Of a stretch of 64,000 nt of DNA, positions 1-9,701 are shown piece after piece. This stretch comes from Terriglobia bacterium (GTDB taxonomy: Bacteria > Acidobacteriota > Terriglobia > Acidiferrales > UBA7541), in the NCBI GenBank assembly GCA_963695545.1, contig OY968796.1, positions 3,616,001 to 3,680,000 on the forward strand. Direction: 5' to 3'. Under the pieces are notes generated by a model. That model saw nothing but the letters and a program-made list of their open reading frames with translations. It was not told the origin of the DNA and did no database searches. The number at the start of each line of letters is the position of its first letter. Position 1 is the first letter of the stretch. The translations under genes were made by a program, and so were the position numbers.

Positions 1-1
1 G

Positions 2-355
2 AAGGCGCGCCTGGTCGCGCATCCGGAATGCGAAGAGCCGGTGCTGCGCATGGCGGATTTCATTGGCTCGACGACGGCGCTGCTTCGATATGTGGAAACG
101 AGTTCCGACACAGAGTTCATCATCGCGACCGAACCCGGCATCCTGCACGCCATGCAGCGCGTCGCTCCAAACAAATTGTTGATTCCCGCGCCGCCCGACG
201 GCAACTGCGCGTGCAACGAATGCCCCCACATGCGCAAGAACACGATTGAGAAACTTTATCTGTGCCTGCGCGATCGCACGCCCGAGATCACGCTCGACGA
301 AACCATCGCCCAGCGCGCGCTTCGTCCTATTGAGCGCATGCTGGCGATGAGCTGA
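2..355 (+). CDS. nadA: Quinolinate synthase A, C-terminal part (truncated by window start)
   Basis: AHPEC, GSTT, ATEPGI and CACNECPHM motifs; directly upstream of nadC and nadB. Confidence 0.93.
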   Translation, partial: KARLVAHPECEEPVLRMADFIGSTTALLRYVETSSDTEFIIATEPGILHAMQRVAPNKLLIPAPPDGNCACNECPHMRKNTIEKLYLCLRDRTPEITLDETIAQRALRPIERMLAMS

Positions 356-365
356 GCCGGCATTC

Positions 366-1259
366 GTGCCGCCCGCAACCGCCGTGAATCTCTCTCCACT
401 TTCCGCCGATGCGCTGCGCGATCTGCTGCGGCGATTTCTCGATGAAGACATTGGACAGGGCGACTGGACGACGGAAGCGATCGTTCGGCCCGATCAGCGC
501 GCGGCGGGAGAATTCCTGGCGAAAAGCCCGCTCGTCCTGGCGGGCATCGACTTCGCGATGGAAACTTTTCGGCTGCTCGATCCGAAAATCGAACATGAAA
601 TACTTTCTCACGATGGCGATCGCGTGCCGGCGGGCCAAACGATTGCCCGGATTCGCGGCCGCGCCCAGGCGCTTCTAAGCGCGGAGCGCGTGGCTCTGAA
701 TTTGACGCAGCGCCTGAGCGGGATCGCCACGCTCACGCGCGCGTACGTTGACGCCGTCGCCGGAACCGGCGCCGCGATTCTCGATACGCGAAAAACGACG
801 CCGGGGCTGCGCGCGCTCGAAAAATATGCCGTGCGCGCGGGCGGCGGCACGAATCATCGCGTCCGGCTCGATGACGCCATTCTGATCAAGGAAAATCACG
901 CGCGTCTCGCCGGCGGCGTCGGGCCCGCCGTTCGCGCGGCGCAGGCGGCGCGACGCGGAGACGCGCGATGGCTCGAAGTTGAAGTCGATTCGATTGCCGA
1001 GCTCGATGAAGCTTTGGCCGAGTGCCCCGACGCGATTCTGGTCGACAATTTCACGCCCGAAATCGCACGCGCGGCCATCGCGCGCGCGCGCAAAGCCGAT
1101 CCGGAACACCGCATCGCGATCGAAGCCTCCGGCGGAATCACGCTCGTAAACGTCCGCCAATTCGCCGAAGCCGGCGTAGATCGTATTTCCGTCGGAGCGC
1201 TCACGCATTCCGCGCCCGCGGCGGACATCAGCCTTGAGATCGAGCCCGAAAAATCATGA
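366..1259 (+). CDS. nadC: Nicotinate-nucleotide pyrophosphorylase (carboxylating)
   Basis: EDIGQGDWTT, ERVALN, DTRKTTPGLR, ILIKENH, EASGGI and SVGALTHSA motifs. Confidence 0.97.
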   Translation: MPPATAVNLSPLSADALRDLLRRFLDEDIGQGDWTTEAIVRPDQRAAGEFLAKSPLVLAGIDFAMETFRLLDPKIEHEILSHDGDRVPAGQTIARIRGRAQALLSAERVALNLTQRLSGIATLTRAYVDAVAGTGAAILDTRKTTPGLRALEKYAVRAGGGTNHRVRLDDAILIKENHARLAGGVGPAVRAAQAARRGDARWLEVEVDSIAELDEALAECPDAILVDNFTPEIARAAIARARKADPEHRIAIEASGGITLVNVRQFAEAGVDRISVGALTHSAPAADISLEIEPEKS

Positions 1260-2824
1260 GCGCCCAAGACAACATTCCCGAACAGATTGACGTCCTCGTG
1301 CTCGGCAGCGGACTCGCCGGCTGCGCCACGGCCTGGGCCGCGGCCGAACAAGGCGCCGAAGTCGCCATCGTCACGCGCGCTCATCAACCCGAAGAAAGCA
1401 ATTCATTCTGGGCGCAAGGCGGAATCGTTTTTCGCGGGCACAACGATTCGCCCGAACTTCTCGCGCGCGACATCCTCGAAGCCGGCGCGCATCTCGGCAA
1501 TCCCGCCGCCGTGCGCGTGCTGGCTCGCGAAGGTCCGGAGCTTGTGCAAAAAGTTTTGATCGATCAGCTTGGCATTGAATTCGATCGCACGCCCGACGGA
1601 AAAGATTGGCATCTGACGAGCGAGGCGGCGCACAGCTGCCCGCGCATTCTTCACGTGAAGGACAAGACAGGCACCGCGATCGAGCGCGCATTTTTCGCTC
1701 GCGTCTCCGAGCACCCGCGCATTCGCCTCTTGCGCGGATTCACCGCGATCGACCTGCTCACGCTGCCGCACCACTCCGAAGAACCGCTGGACGTTTATCG
1801 CACGCCGCAGTGCTTCGGCGTCTATGCGCTCGATCAATCGAACGCCGGGATCGTTCCGTTGCGCGCGAAGCAAACCGTTCTTGGCACCGGCGGCATTGGA
1901 CGCCTCTATCTCCACACTACAAATCCTCCCGGCGCGCGCGGCGATGGACTGGCACTCGCGCACCGCGCCGGCGCACGCTCGATCAATTTGCAATACGTGC
2001 AATTCCATCCCACCGCACTGTTTCATCCCAGCGGCACGTTTCTGATTTCAGAATCGTTGCGCGGCGAAGGCGCGCGCGTGGTCGATTCCGTTGGCCGCGA
2101 ATTTCTGAACGGCCATTCCGGCGGATCGCTCGCGCCGCGCGATGTGGTCGCGCGCGGCATTTACCAGCACATGCTCGAAAGAGGCGAGCCGTGCGCGTGG
2201 CTCGACATCACGCACAAACCCGCCGATTGGATTCGCGAGCGTTTCCCCGGCGTCTATCAGCATTGCGCCTCGCTCGGAATCGACATCACGCGCGAGCTCA
2301 TTCCCGTGGTCCCCGCCGCGCACTATAGTTGCGGCGGCGTAGCCGTCGACGAATGGGGCCAAACGGATCTCGCTGGTCTGCGCGCCGTCGGAGAAGTCGC
2401 TTGCACCGGTGTGCACGGCGCCAATCGTCTCGGCAGCACTTCCCTGCTCGAATGTTTGGTGTGGGGCGTGCGCGCGGGCCGCCACGCGGCCGAGGAGGCC
2501 GCTTCGACCGCAGCATATTTCCCGCGCATCGCGCCGTGGCGCTACGAGCGCGAATCCACCGACCCTGCGCTGATCGCGCAAGATTGGCTGACGATTCGGC
2601 ATACCATGTGGAACTACGTCGGCCTGATTCGCAGCGGCAAGCGTCTGGAGCGCGCGCGAGAAATTCTGCAGGAATTGCATCTCGAAATTTCGCAGTTCTA
2701 CCAGCGCGCCGCACTCGACGACGCGATCATCGGCCTGCGCAACGCCGTCGAGGCCAGCATTCTGATCGTCCGCGCCGCCACCGAATGCCGCGCCAGCCGC
2801 GGTTGCCACTTCCGCGTCGATTGA
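1256..2824 (+). CDS. nadB: L-aspartate oxidase
   Basis: GSGLAG FAD motif, SFWAQGGI, QFHPT, LISESLRGEG, LAPRDVVAR and GVHGANRLGS; ATGA overlap with nadC. Confidence 0.96.
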   Translation: MSAQDNIPEQIDVLVLGSGLAGCATAWAAAEQGAEVAIVTRAHQPEESNSFWAQGGIVFRGHNDSPELLARDILEAGAHLGNPAAVRVLAREGPELVQKVLIDQLGIEFDRTPDGKDWHLTSEAAHSCPRILHVKDKTGTAIERAFFARVSEHPRIRLLRGFTAIDLLTLPHHSEEPLDVYRTPQCFGVYALDQSNAGIVPLRAKQTVLGTGGIGRLYLHTTNPPGARGDGLALAHRAGARSINLQYVQFHPTALFHPSGTFLISESLRGEGARVVDSVGREFLNGHSGGSLAPRDVVARGIYQHMLERGEPCAWLDITHKPADWIRERFPGVYQHCASLGIDITRELIPVVPAAHYSCGGVAVDEWGQTDLAGLRAVGEVACTGVHGANRLGSTSLLECLVWGVRAGRHAAEEAASTAAYFPRIAPWRYERESTDPALIAQDWLTIRHTMWNYVGLIRSGKRLERAREILQELHLEISQFYQRAALDDAIIGLRNAVEASILIVRAATECRASRGCHFRVD

Positions 2825-2916
2825 GCCGCGGCCGCGGCCCGCGCGCTGTGAGCTCCCATTCCCGCATTCGCGTAGACTTTGATTCTTTTGTGGCGTTCGG
2901 CTAGGCTCTGTCCGAA

Positions 2917-5900
2917 ATGGACGCGGCCTTCTCTGCAGTCACATTTGCCGAACCTGAGCGCGCTAAGGCGAACCTCGAACAGGTCGCCCCGCGCCTGCCG
3001 GAAAGTTTGTGGTCCAAGCTGCCGGCGCTGCTCGCGCAATTGCCCGATCCAGACACCGCACTCAATTATCTCGAGCGCTATCTCGCCGTAGTCGATCCAA
3101 ACGATTCCGCCGCGAACGCGCGCAATGTTCGCTACCTCGAACAGCATCCCGTCGCGCTGCATCATCTTCTCGTGCTGTTCAGCTACAGCCGCTATCTTTC
3201 CGAATTCGTGCTGCAACAGCCATCGCTAGTCGCCTGGCTGCACGGCCCGGCTCGCCACGGCCCAGCCACGTCCACGAGCCTCGAAGAATTGAAATCGCCG
3301 GAAGATCTCTTCGAGGAATTCGCGCAATTTGAAGCCATGTCGGGCGACGACGATCCGACGCGCGTGCTGATCCGCTTCAAGCGCCGCCAATATCTGCGCA
3401 TCACCTTGCGCGACGTCCTCGGCCTCGCCACACTCGCCGAAACCACGCTCGAGCTTTCGCACCTCGCCGACGTTCTCCTCGAGCGCGCGCTGCGCATCGC
3501 CGCCTATCGCCTCGAGCGCGATCACGGCGTTCCCGAGTACGTCGACGCCGAAGGCCGCAAGCGCCCCACGCGCATGACCATCATTTCGCTCGGCAAGCTC
3601 GGCGGCCAGGAACTCAATTACAGCTCCGACATCGATTTGCTTTTTCTCTACGGCCATGCCGGCCAAACCTCCGGCGGCGCGCAAGGCAGTGCGACCAACG
3701 CCGAATATTTCACGCGACTCGCGCAAGAGGTGCTGCACCTGATCACCGAGCCCATGGCCGAAGGCGCGGTCTATCGCGTCGATCTGCGCCTGCGACCGCA
3801 AGGCCGCGAAGGAGATCTTGCCAGCAGCTTGCCCGTCGCGGTCGATTACTACCGCATCCGCGCGCGCGAATGGGAATTGCAAATGCTCATCAAGGCGCGC
3901 GGCTCGGCCGGCGATCCCGCGTTGAGCCGCAGTTTTCTCGACGAAGTGCAGCCGCTGGTCTATCGCCGCGAATTTCATCTCGCCGTCGTCGAAGCCGTGC
4001 TCAACGCGCGCGAGGAAATGACGCGCGGTCTGAAACTCCGCGCGAAAGCCTCGGGTCACACGGCCGCGTGGAACGTAAAGCTTTCGCCCGGCGGCATCCG
4101 TGATATCGAATTTCTCGCGCAATGCCTGCAGCGCCTCTACGGCGGCGCGGATCCCTGGCTGCGCTCGCCCTCCACGCTTTTCGCGCTCGGCCGCCTGCAC
4201 GACAAAGGACATCTTTCCGGCCGCGATTTTTTCCGGCTGAGCGCCGCGTATCAATTTCTCCGCCGCGTCGAGCACCGCCTGCAATTGCGCGATGGCTTGC
4301 AGCGCCACACGCTGCCCGAAGCCGCCGACGCGCTGGAAAGCGTGGCGCGGCGCTGCGGCGTCGAAGCCGGCCCCGCCGACGAACGCACGCCCGGCGCGCT
4401 TCTGCTCAAGCGCCTCACCGAACATTTCTCCGACGTGCGCGAAATTTACGAGCGCATCCTCACCGCCGGCAGCGGCCCCGAGCCCGGCGCCGGCCAAGAC
4501 CTGGCCACTTCCGACCCCGGCACCGGTGCGATGTTGCGCCGTCTGCGCGTGGAATATCCGACCGTCGCCGCCGTGGTCACCATGGCTTCCGACGAGCGCC
4601 CCGAGGACGAAGCCAATCTCGTGCGCCGCGGCCTCACCCGCTTTCTCGATTCCGCCGTGCTGCAGCCGCGCGTGATGTCGCAACTGAACTCGCGCCCCGA
4701 ATGGGTGCTGATCGCCGCGGAAGTTCTTGCGCGCAGCGATCTCGCGGTCGATCTGCTCTCATCGAATCCCGAGGAAATTTCGGCCATCGCCGATCCCGGC
4801 CTTGCCGGTTTCAGGGGCGCGCTTCCGCAGATCGAACCCGGCGCGCCGATCTCCGCGCAAGCCGCCGAAGACGCGATGACCGCGCTGCGCGTGGCCTATC
4901 GCCGCGGCGTGCTCGCCACTCTGGTGCGCGCGCTGCTCGGCTCAAGCCAGCCCTTCGACACCTTCCGCGGCTTGTCGCTGCTCGCCGAGCAGGCTCTCGA
5001 GCGCGCGCTCGAACTCGCCGCAGCCATGAATCGCATTCACGAGCGCATCGCTTCCGACTTCTCCATCGCGCCGTTTTCCGTGCTGGCTCTCGGCCGCCTG
5101 GGCACCGGCGAAATGGACATCGGCTCCGACGTCGATCTGATTTTCATCGTGGATGACCGCTTGAATCAAAGCGACCGTGAAATCTGGCGCTTGGTCGCCG
5201 AGCGCCTGGTGCATATCGCCAGCAGCCACACGCGCGAAGGATTGCTTTTCCCCGTGGACACGCGCCTGCGCCCGCGCGGCGGCGATGGCGAAACGCTGCA
5301 AACCAGTTCCTATCTCCGCCAATATTTCGACGCCGAAGCTCAGGCTTGGGAAGCCGCCACGTTTCTGAAGGCGCGTCCGATCGCCGGCAATCTCGCGCTC
5401 GGCGCCGACGCGTTGCGGCAAGTTCACGAATGCATTGCGCGCCGCTTTTCGGATCCAAAGCCGCTCGCGCGCGATCTCGCCAAAATGCGCCAGCGCCTCG
5501 AACGAGAGGGCGCCGATCCCGATCGCCCCATCGGCCAAAAAGGCGAATTCAAGCGCATGGCCGGAGGTTATTACGACGTCGAATATGTCGTGGCGTTTTT
5601 ATTTCTCACGCGCGTTCTGCGCGCAGAGCATCCCACCGAACAATCGCTGATCGAAGGCCGCGGCCACGTCCTGCGCCAAATCGCGCTGCTCGAAGCCACC
5701 GGGCACCTCGGCTCTACCGAAGCGCAAACGCTGCGCGCCGGCGCCATGCTCTATCGCAGCATCGACCACGCCCTGCGCATCGTCACCGGCCGCTCCGCTA
5801 ATCATCTCCCCGAAGCCACCATGGCGCAGCGCGTCGTGCGCCTGCTCGAACAATGGCAATTCCCGCTCCCCGAAGGCATCGAAGCCGCCGTCGAAACCAC

Positions 5901-5958
5901 GCGCCGCCACGTCCGCGGCCTCTACGAACACACTATCGTCCGCGCCGCCGAATCCTAG
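2917..5958 (+). CDS. glnE: Bifunctional glutamine synthetase adenylyltransferase/adenylyl-removing enzyme
   Basis: Two nucleotidyltransferase domains (LGKLGGQELNYSSDIDL...VDLRLRPQG and LGRLGTGEMDIGSDVDL...VDTRLRPRG), plus KLSPGGIRDIEF. Confidence 0.93.
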   Translation: MDAAFSAVTFAEPERAKANLEQVAPRLPESLWSKLPALLAQLPDPDTALNYLERYLAVVDPNDSAANARNVRYLEQHPVALHHLLVLFSYSRYLSEFVLQQPSLVAWLHGPARHGPATSTSLEELKSPEDLFEEFAQFEAMSGDDDPTRVLIRFKRRQYLRITLRDVLGLATLAETTLELSHLADVLLERALRIAAYRLERDHGVPEYVDAEGRKRPTRMTIISLGKLGGQELNYSSDIDLLFLYGHAGQTSGGAQGSATNAEYFTRLAQEVLHLITEPMAEGAVYRVDLRLRPQGREGDLASSLPVAVDYYRIRAREWELQMLIKARGSAGDPALSRSFLDEVQPLVYRREFHLAVVEAVLNAREEMTRGLKLRAKASGHTAAWNVKLSPGGIRDIEFLAQCLQRLYGGADPWLRSPSTLFALGRLHDKGHLSGRDFFRLSAAYQFLRRVEHRLQLRDGLQRHTLPEAADALESVARRCGVEAGPADERTPGALLLKRLTEHFSDVREIYERILTAGSGPEPGAGQDLATSDPGTGAMLRRLRVEYPTVAAVVTMASDERPEDEANLVRRGLTRFLDSAVLQPRVMSQLNSRPEWVLIAAEVLARSDLAVDLLSSNPEEISAIADPGLAGFRGALPQIEPGAPISAQAAEDAMTALRVAYRRGVLATLVRALLGSSQPFDTFRGLSLLAEQALERALELAAAMNRIHERIASDFSIAPFSVLALGRLGTGEMDIGSDVDLIFIVDDRLNQSDREIWRLVAERLVHIASSHTREGLLFPVDTRLRPRGGDGETLQTSSYLRQYFDAEAQAWEAATFLKARPIAGNLALGADALRQVHECIARRFSDPKPLARDLAKMRQRLEREGADPDRPIGQKGEFKRMAGGYYDVEYVVAFLFLTRVLRAEHPTEQSLIEGRGHVLRQIALLEATGHLGSTEAQTLRAGAMLYRSIDHALRIVTGRSANHLPEATMAQRVVRLLEQWQFPLPEGIEAAVETTRRHVRGLYEHTIVRAAES

Positions 5959-6055
5959 CGCTGACCCCATCGCGGCCTTTACGAAAGCCGGACGACGCCC
6001 TCGGCGCGTTTCGCCCCAAACCCACGATTGCCTTGCGACCACCCACTAAAGCGCC

Positions 6056-6134
6056 GTCATTCTGAGTGGAGAGGCGGCTCTTTTTTCTTCTCGTCCGCGT
6101 CCCGCGGACGAGCCGCCTCGCAGTCGAAGAATCC
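6056..6134 (+). repeat. CGTC-type REP-like palindromic element, copy 1
   Basis: GTCATTCTGAG head, inner stem GAGGCGGCTC(6071-6080)/GAGCCGCCTC(6110-6119), AGTCGAAGAATCC tail (6122-6134). Confidence 0.65.
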
Positions 6135-6173
6135 ATCTTCGCCCTTTGCACCGTGAATTCTCCAGGAGAACTT

Positions 6174-6413
6174 TCAGGCCTTCGAACTTTTCCGCCGCTC
6201 CAGAAACGCGCGTCCCGCCGCCGTGATCTTCACAACCGACCGCCCATTCACCTCGTCCCTCATCACCAGTCGGAGATCATTCGCGTCTTCCCATACCGGC
6301 AATTTCGGACACGATGTCCGCCACGCCTCCATCACCTGCTCATAACTCCGCTCTCCGCTCCCCACCCACTGCAGCAAATCGACGATCAAGTTGTCCACTG
6401 TCGCGTCGCTCAT
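6174..6413 (-). CDS. Small hypothetical protein (79 aa), possibly winged-helix-like
   Basis: ATG at 6413 with purine-rich upstream sequence; protein-like composition (LIVDLLQW...YEQVMEAWRTSCPKLPVWEDA). Confidence 0.7.
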   Translation of the reverse strand: MSDATVDNLIVDLLQWVGSGERSYEQVMEAWRTSCPKLPVWEDANDLRLVMRDEVNGRSVVKITAAGRAFLERRKSSKA

Positions 6414-6492
6414 GAAATCCCTCTTCCCTCCCCACAATTATCACCCAACCCCCGCCCGCTCGTCGCCCCGCGATGGCCCCACTCACCCCCTA

Positions 6493-6570
6493 TCATTCCA
6501 GCGAAGTCCCGACGCTCTGCGCCTTTCTGCGTGCGCTGCGCGGGCAGGTCGGGACGAAGTCGAAGAATCC
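6493..6570 (+). repeat. CGTC-type REP-like palindromic element, copy 2
   Basis: TCATTC head, inner stem GTCCCGAC(6506-6513)/GTCGGGAC(6548-6555), identical AGTCGAAGAATCC tail (6558-6570). Confidence 0.6.
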
Positions 6571-6635
6571 CTCCTCACAACGTAACCGGGATGCGTCGGC
6601 CACCGCCCAGCCAAGGCGATGAATCCTCTTGGCCG

Positions 6636-7077
6636 TGTTCGAATGCAATGCCCGCGGATAATGCGCGGGTATTTTCTACCCATCCTATTCGAATACTCCA
6701 TAGATATATGTTGACGCTGTGGTACTACTCCTGCTATGCTGTGGCGTGCTCTCTAAATACGCATCCGCGGCCGCGAAAAAGCTCCTCGTCCCGCGCCGGC
6801 GCATCATTCTCGCGTCCCAACCCGTCCGGTCCTTCCAGGTCTCCACGAAGAATTTTGCGTATCCAGCGGCTGATCCGCGCGTGCATCTCGCGTTCAACAT
6901 GCACTCATCTGCAACAAAGTGCTCCTCCAACCCATTTATTTTCAGGCAATTGCAAATGAGTGCGCATCTTATTGAAAATAATCACGATCAAGTCTATTGC
7001 GCTCACACTCATCCGCACTCTTTCCCTGGAAGCCCTTTGTTTACAGCAAATTACGTTTTTGCACCGGGGGTATATAT
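6636..7077 (+). repeat. Dispersed promoter-bearing intergenic element, copy A (conserved core 6926-7077)
   Basis: Core aligns without gaps to the reverse complement of 39588-39739 (114/152 identical by manual count) and with a 10-nt indel to 26233-26398; upstream TTCGAA boxes and promoter are shared. Confidence 0.85.
6711..6740 (+). promoter_or_regulatory. Sigma70-like promoter of element A
   Basis: TTGACG-N18-TATGCT with extended -10 TG; TATTCGAATA palindrome at 6686-6695. Confidence 0.6.
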
Positions 7078-7184
7078 GGGTCTCCGCGCTCGGCCGTCCG
7101 CGCCCATGCGCTGCACGCGCCGACTGTGTTATTGTTTTTTGCTCGCGCCGCACATTTCGCGGCATTCGGGAGGTCATCGCAATC

Positions 7185-8597
7185 ATGAAGTCGTCCTACA
7201 ACGGCAAATCCGTCCCCGTTGACGGCCAGCCGATCGACTATGTTCGCAGCGCCCTGAGCGTCCCCGATCGCCCAATCATTCCCTTCATCGAAGGCGACGG
7301 CACCGGCCGCGACATCTGGAAAGCATCGCAGCGCGTTTTTGACGCCGCCGTTTCCTCCGTGTACGGCGCGAAACGCAAAGTCGCGTGGTTTGAGGTCTTC
7401 GCCGGCGAAAAAGCTTTCAACACGTTCAAAGAGTGGCTGCCGCAAGACACCGTCGACGCCATCCGCGATTTCCGCGTGGCCATCAAGGGTCCGCTCACCA
7501 CGCCCGTCGGCGGCGGCATCCGCTCGCTCAACGTCGCGCTGCGCCAGATTCTCGATCTCTACGCCTGCGTTCGCCCCGTGAAATATTTCGCGGGCGTGCC
7601 CTCGCCCGTGAAACATCCCGAGCGCATGAACGTGATCATCTTTCGCGAAAACACCGAAGACGTGTACGCCGGGATCGAATGGAAATCCGGCACGCCCGAA
7701 GTCAAAAAGCTGCTCGAATTCCTGAACAACGACATGCTCGGCGGCGGCCCCAAACAAATCCGCTGGGATTCCGGCGTGGGCATCAAGCCGATTTCGACCA
7801 CCGGCACCAAGCGCCTCGTGCGCCGCGCGATCCAGCATGCGATCGATCACAAGCGCCGCCTCGTCACCCTCGTGCACAAAGGCAACATCATGAAATTCAC
7901 CGAAGGCGCATTTCGCGATTGGGGCTACGAGCTCGCGAAAGATGAATTCCGCGCCGCCGTCGTCACCGAGCGCGAAAGCTGGATCGTCGACAATAAAGAC
8001 AAAAACCCCGCGCTCACCATCGAGCAAAACGCCGCCGCGATCGAGCCCGGCCTCGAGCAAGCCACGCCCGCGTTTCGCGAAACGCTCTACGCCGAAGTGA
8101 AGCAGGTCCTCGATTCGATCTACGCCACGCACGGCGGCGGACGCTGGAAACAAAAAATCATGATCAATGACCGCATCGCCGATTCCATCTTCCAACAAGT
8201 CTTGCTGCGCGCCGACGAGTACGCGGTCCTGGCCTGCCCCAATCTCAACGGCGATTACCTCTCCGACGCCTGCGCCGCGCAAGTCGGCGGCCTGGGCATG
8301 GCGCCGGGCGCGAACATCGGCGATGGCTTCGGCTGCTTTGAAGCCACGCATGGCACCGCGCCCAAGTACGCCGATAAAGATGTGATCAATCCCAGTTCCG
8401 TGATGCTCTCCGGCGCAATGATGTTCGATTTCCTGGGCTGGCCCGAAGCCGCCCGCGCCATCGAAGACGGCATCGCCAAAACCATCGGCCAAAAACGCGT
8501 CACCTACGATCTAGAGCGCCTCATGGAAGGCGCCACAAAATTAAAAACGTCCGAATTCGCCACGGCCATCATCGAAAACATGCCCGCGAAATCGTGA
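7185..8597 (+). CDS. icd: NADP-dependent isocitrate dehydrogenase
   Basis: [48 protein letters not shown] and [19 protein letters not shown] before ATG 7185. Confidence 0.97.
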   Translation: MKSSYNGKSVPVDGQPIDYVRSALSVPDRPIIPFIEGDGTGRDIWKASQRVFDAAVSSVYGAKRKVAWFEVFAGEKAFNTFKEWLPQDTVDAIRDFRVAIKGPLTTPVGGGIRSLNVALRQILDLYACVRPVKYFAGVPSPVKHPERMNVIIFRENTEDVYAGIEWKSGTPEVKKLLEFLNNDMLGGGPKQIRWDSGVGIKPISTTGTKRLVRRAIQHAIDHKRRLVTLVHKGNIMKFTEGAFRDWGYELAKDEFRAAVVTERESWIVDNKDKNPALTIEQNAAAIEPGLEQATPAFRETLYAEVKQVLDSIYATHGGGRWKQKIMINDRIADSIFQQVLLRADEYAVLACPNLNGDYLSDACAAQVGGLGMAPGANIGDGFGCFEATHGTAPKYADKDVINPSSVMLSGAMMFDFLGWPEAARAIEDGIAKTIGQKRVTYDLERLMEGATKLKTSEFATAIIENMPAKS

Positions 8598-8628
8598 CGA
8601 ACGATAGCAAGGCACAAGGAGCCCAAAG

Positions 8629-9570
8629 GTGAGAAAGAAAGTCACAGTAGTAGGCGGCGGCTTCGTCGGCTCGACAACCGCGCAGCGCATCGTGGACCAT
8701 GAACTCGCCGACGTCGTCCTAACCGATATCGTTGAAGGCGCGCCCGCCGGCAAAGCCCTCGACATGCTCGAATCCGCCACGATCACGCGCTCCGACTCGC
8801 GCATCACCGGCATCTCAACCGGCAACAACGATTATCGCGAGACCGCCAACAGCGATATCGTCGTCGTGACGGCAGGATTCCCGCGCAAGCCCGGCATGAG
8901 CCGCGACGATCTCCTGCGCGCGAACTACGACGTCATCAAAGCCGTCGTCGAGCAAGTCGTGAAGCTCTCGCCCAGCGCGATCCTCATCATGGTCACCAAT
9001 CCTCTCGACGCCATGGTGCAGGCCGCGTATCGCGTCAGCGGTTTTTCCAAGAATCGCGTGATGGGCATGGCCGGCGTTCTCGATTCCGCGCGCATGAGCG
9101 CTTTCATCGCGGAAGAACTGAATGTGAGCGTCGACAACGTGCACTCGTTCGTGCTCGGCGGCCACGGCGACGACATGGTTCCTCTGCCGCGCTATTCCAC
9201 CGTCGCCGGAATTCCACTTCCGGATTTGCTGCCGAAAGAAAAGATCGACGCTATCGTCGACCGCACGCGCAAAGGCGGCGCCGAAATTGTGAATCTCTTG
9301 AAGACCGGCTCGGCCTACTACGCCCCGTCCGCAGCCGTCGTCGAAATGGTGGAAGCTATCCTGAAGGACAAAAAGAAAATTCTCCCCTGCGCCGCTTATC
9401 TGGACGGCGAATACGGCATCAAGGGCCTCTACGTCGGCGTGCCCGTAAAACTCGGCGCGCGCGGCGTAGAGCAAATCATCGAAATAAAACTGACGCCCGA
9501 AGAAAACGCCGCACTGCAAAAATCCGCCGCATCCGTCCGCGAGCTGGTGACTGTTTTGGGTGTCGCGTAG
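8629..9570 (+). CDS. mdh: Malate dehydrogenase (LDH-like)
   Basis: [34 protein letters not shown] and LGGHGD; AAGGAG RBS, GTG start. Confidence 0.97.
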   Translation: MRKKVTVVGGGFVGSTTAQRIVDHELADVVLTDIVEGAPAGKALDMLESATITRSDSRITGISTGNNDYRETANSDIVVVTAGFPRKPGMSRDDLLRANYDVIKAVVEQVVKLSPSAILIMVTNPLDAMVQAAYRVSGFSKNRVMGMAGVLDSARMSAFIAEELNVSVDNVHSFVLGGHGDDMVPLPRYSTVAGIPLPDLLPKEKIDAIVDRTRKGGAEIVNLLKTGSAYYAPSAAVVEMVEAILKDKKKILPCAAYLDGEYGIKGLYVGVPVKLGARGVEQIIEIKLTPEENAALQKSAASVRELVTVLGVA

Positions 9571-9615
9571 AAGTCGGGGGTTGCGTAGAAGTTGGAAGTC
9601 GCCTAGAAGCGCGGA
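9562..9615 (+). repeat. Three degenerate 18-bp tandem repeats overlapping the mdh stop codon
   Basis: gtcgcgTAGaagtcgggg / gttgcgTAGaagttggaa / gtcgccTAGaagcgcgga. Confidence 0.7.
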
Positions 9616-9701
9616 GAGCCGCGCGGCGCCAAGCGCGCCCAAGTTCTTTGAAAACTTAAATCAACGAGAGACGGTGGTTCGCGGTCTCTCGCGCCGATCC
9701 C

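Noticed and set aside
6929..7061. CRISPR array interpretation of the subunit repeats
   Set aside because: Units are degenerate, one is inverted, there are no unique spacers of regular length and no cas genes are present
6719..7222. Conserved protein family encoded by the three repeat cores (SNPF...HSFP)
   Set aside because: Substitutions are mainly non-synonymous and copy B has a 10-nt frameshifting indel; the similarity is at nucleotide level (translation itself is kept as a separate hypothesis)
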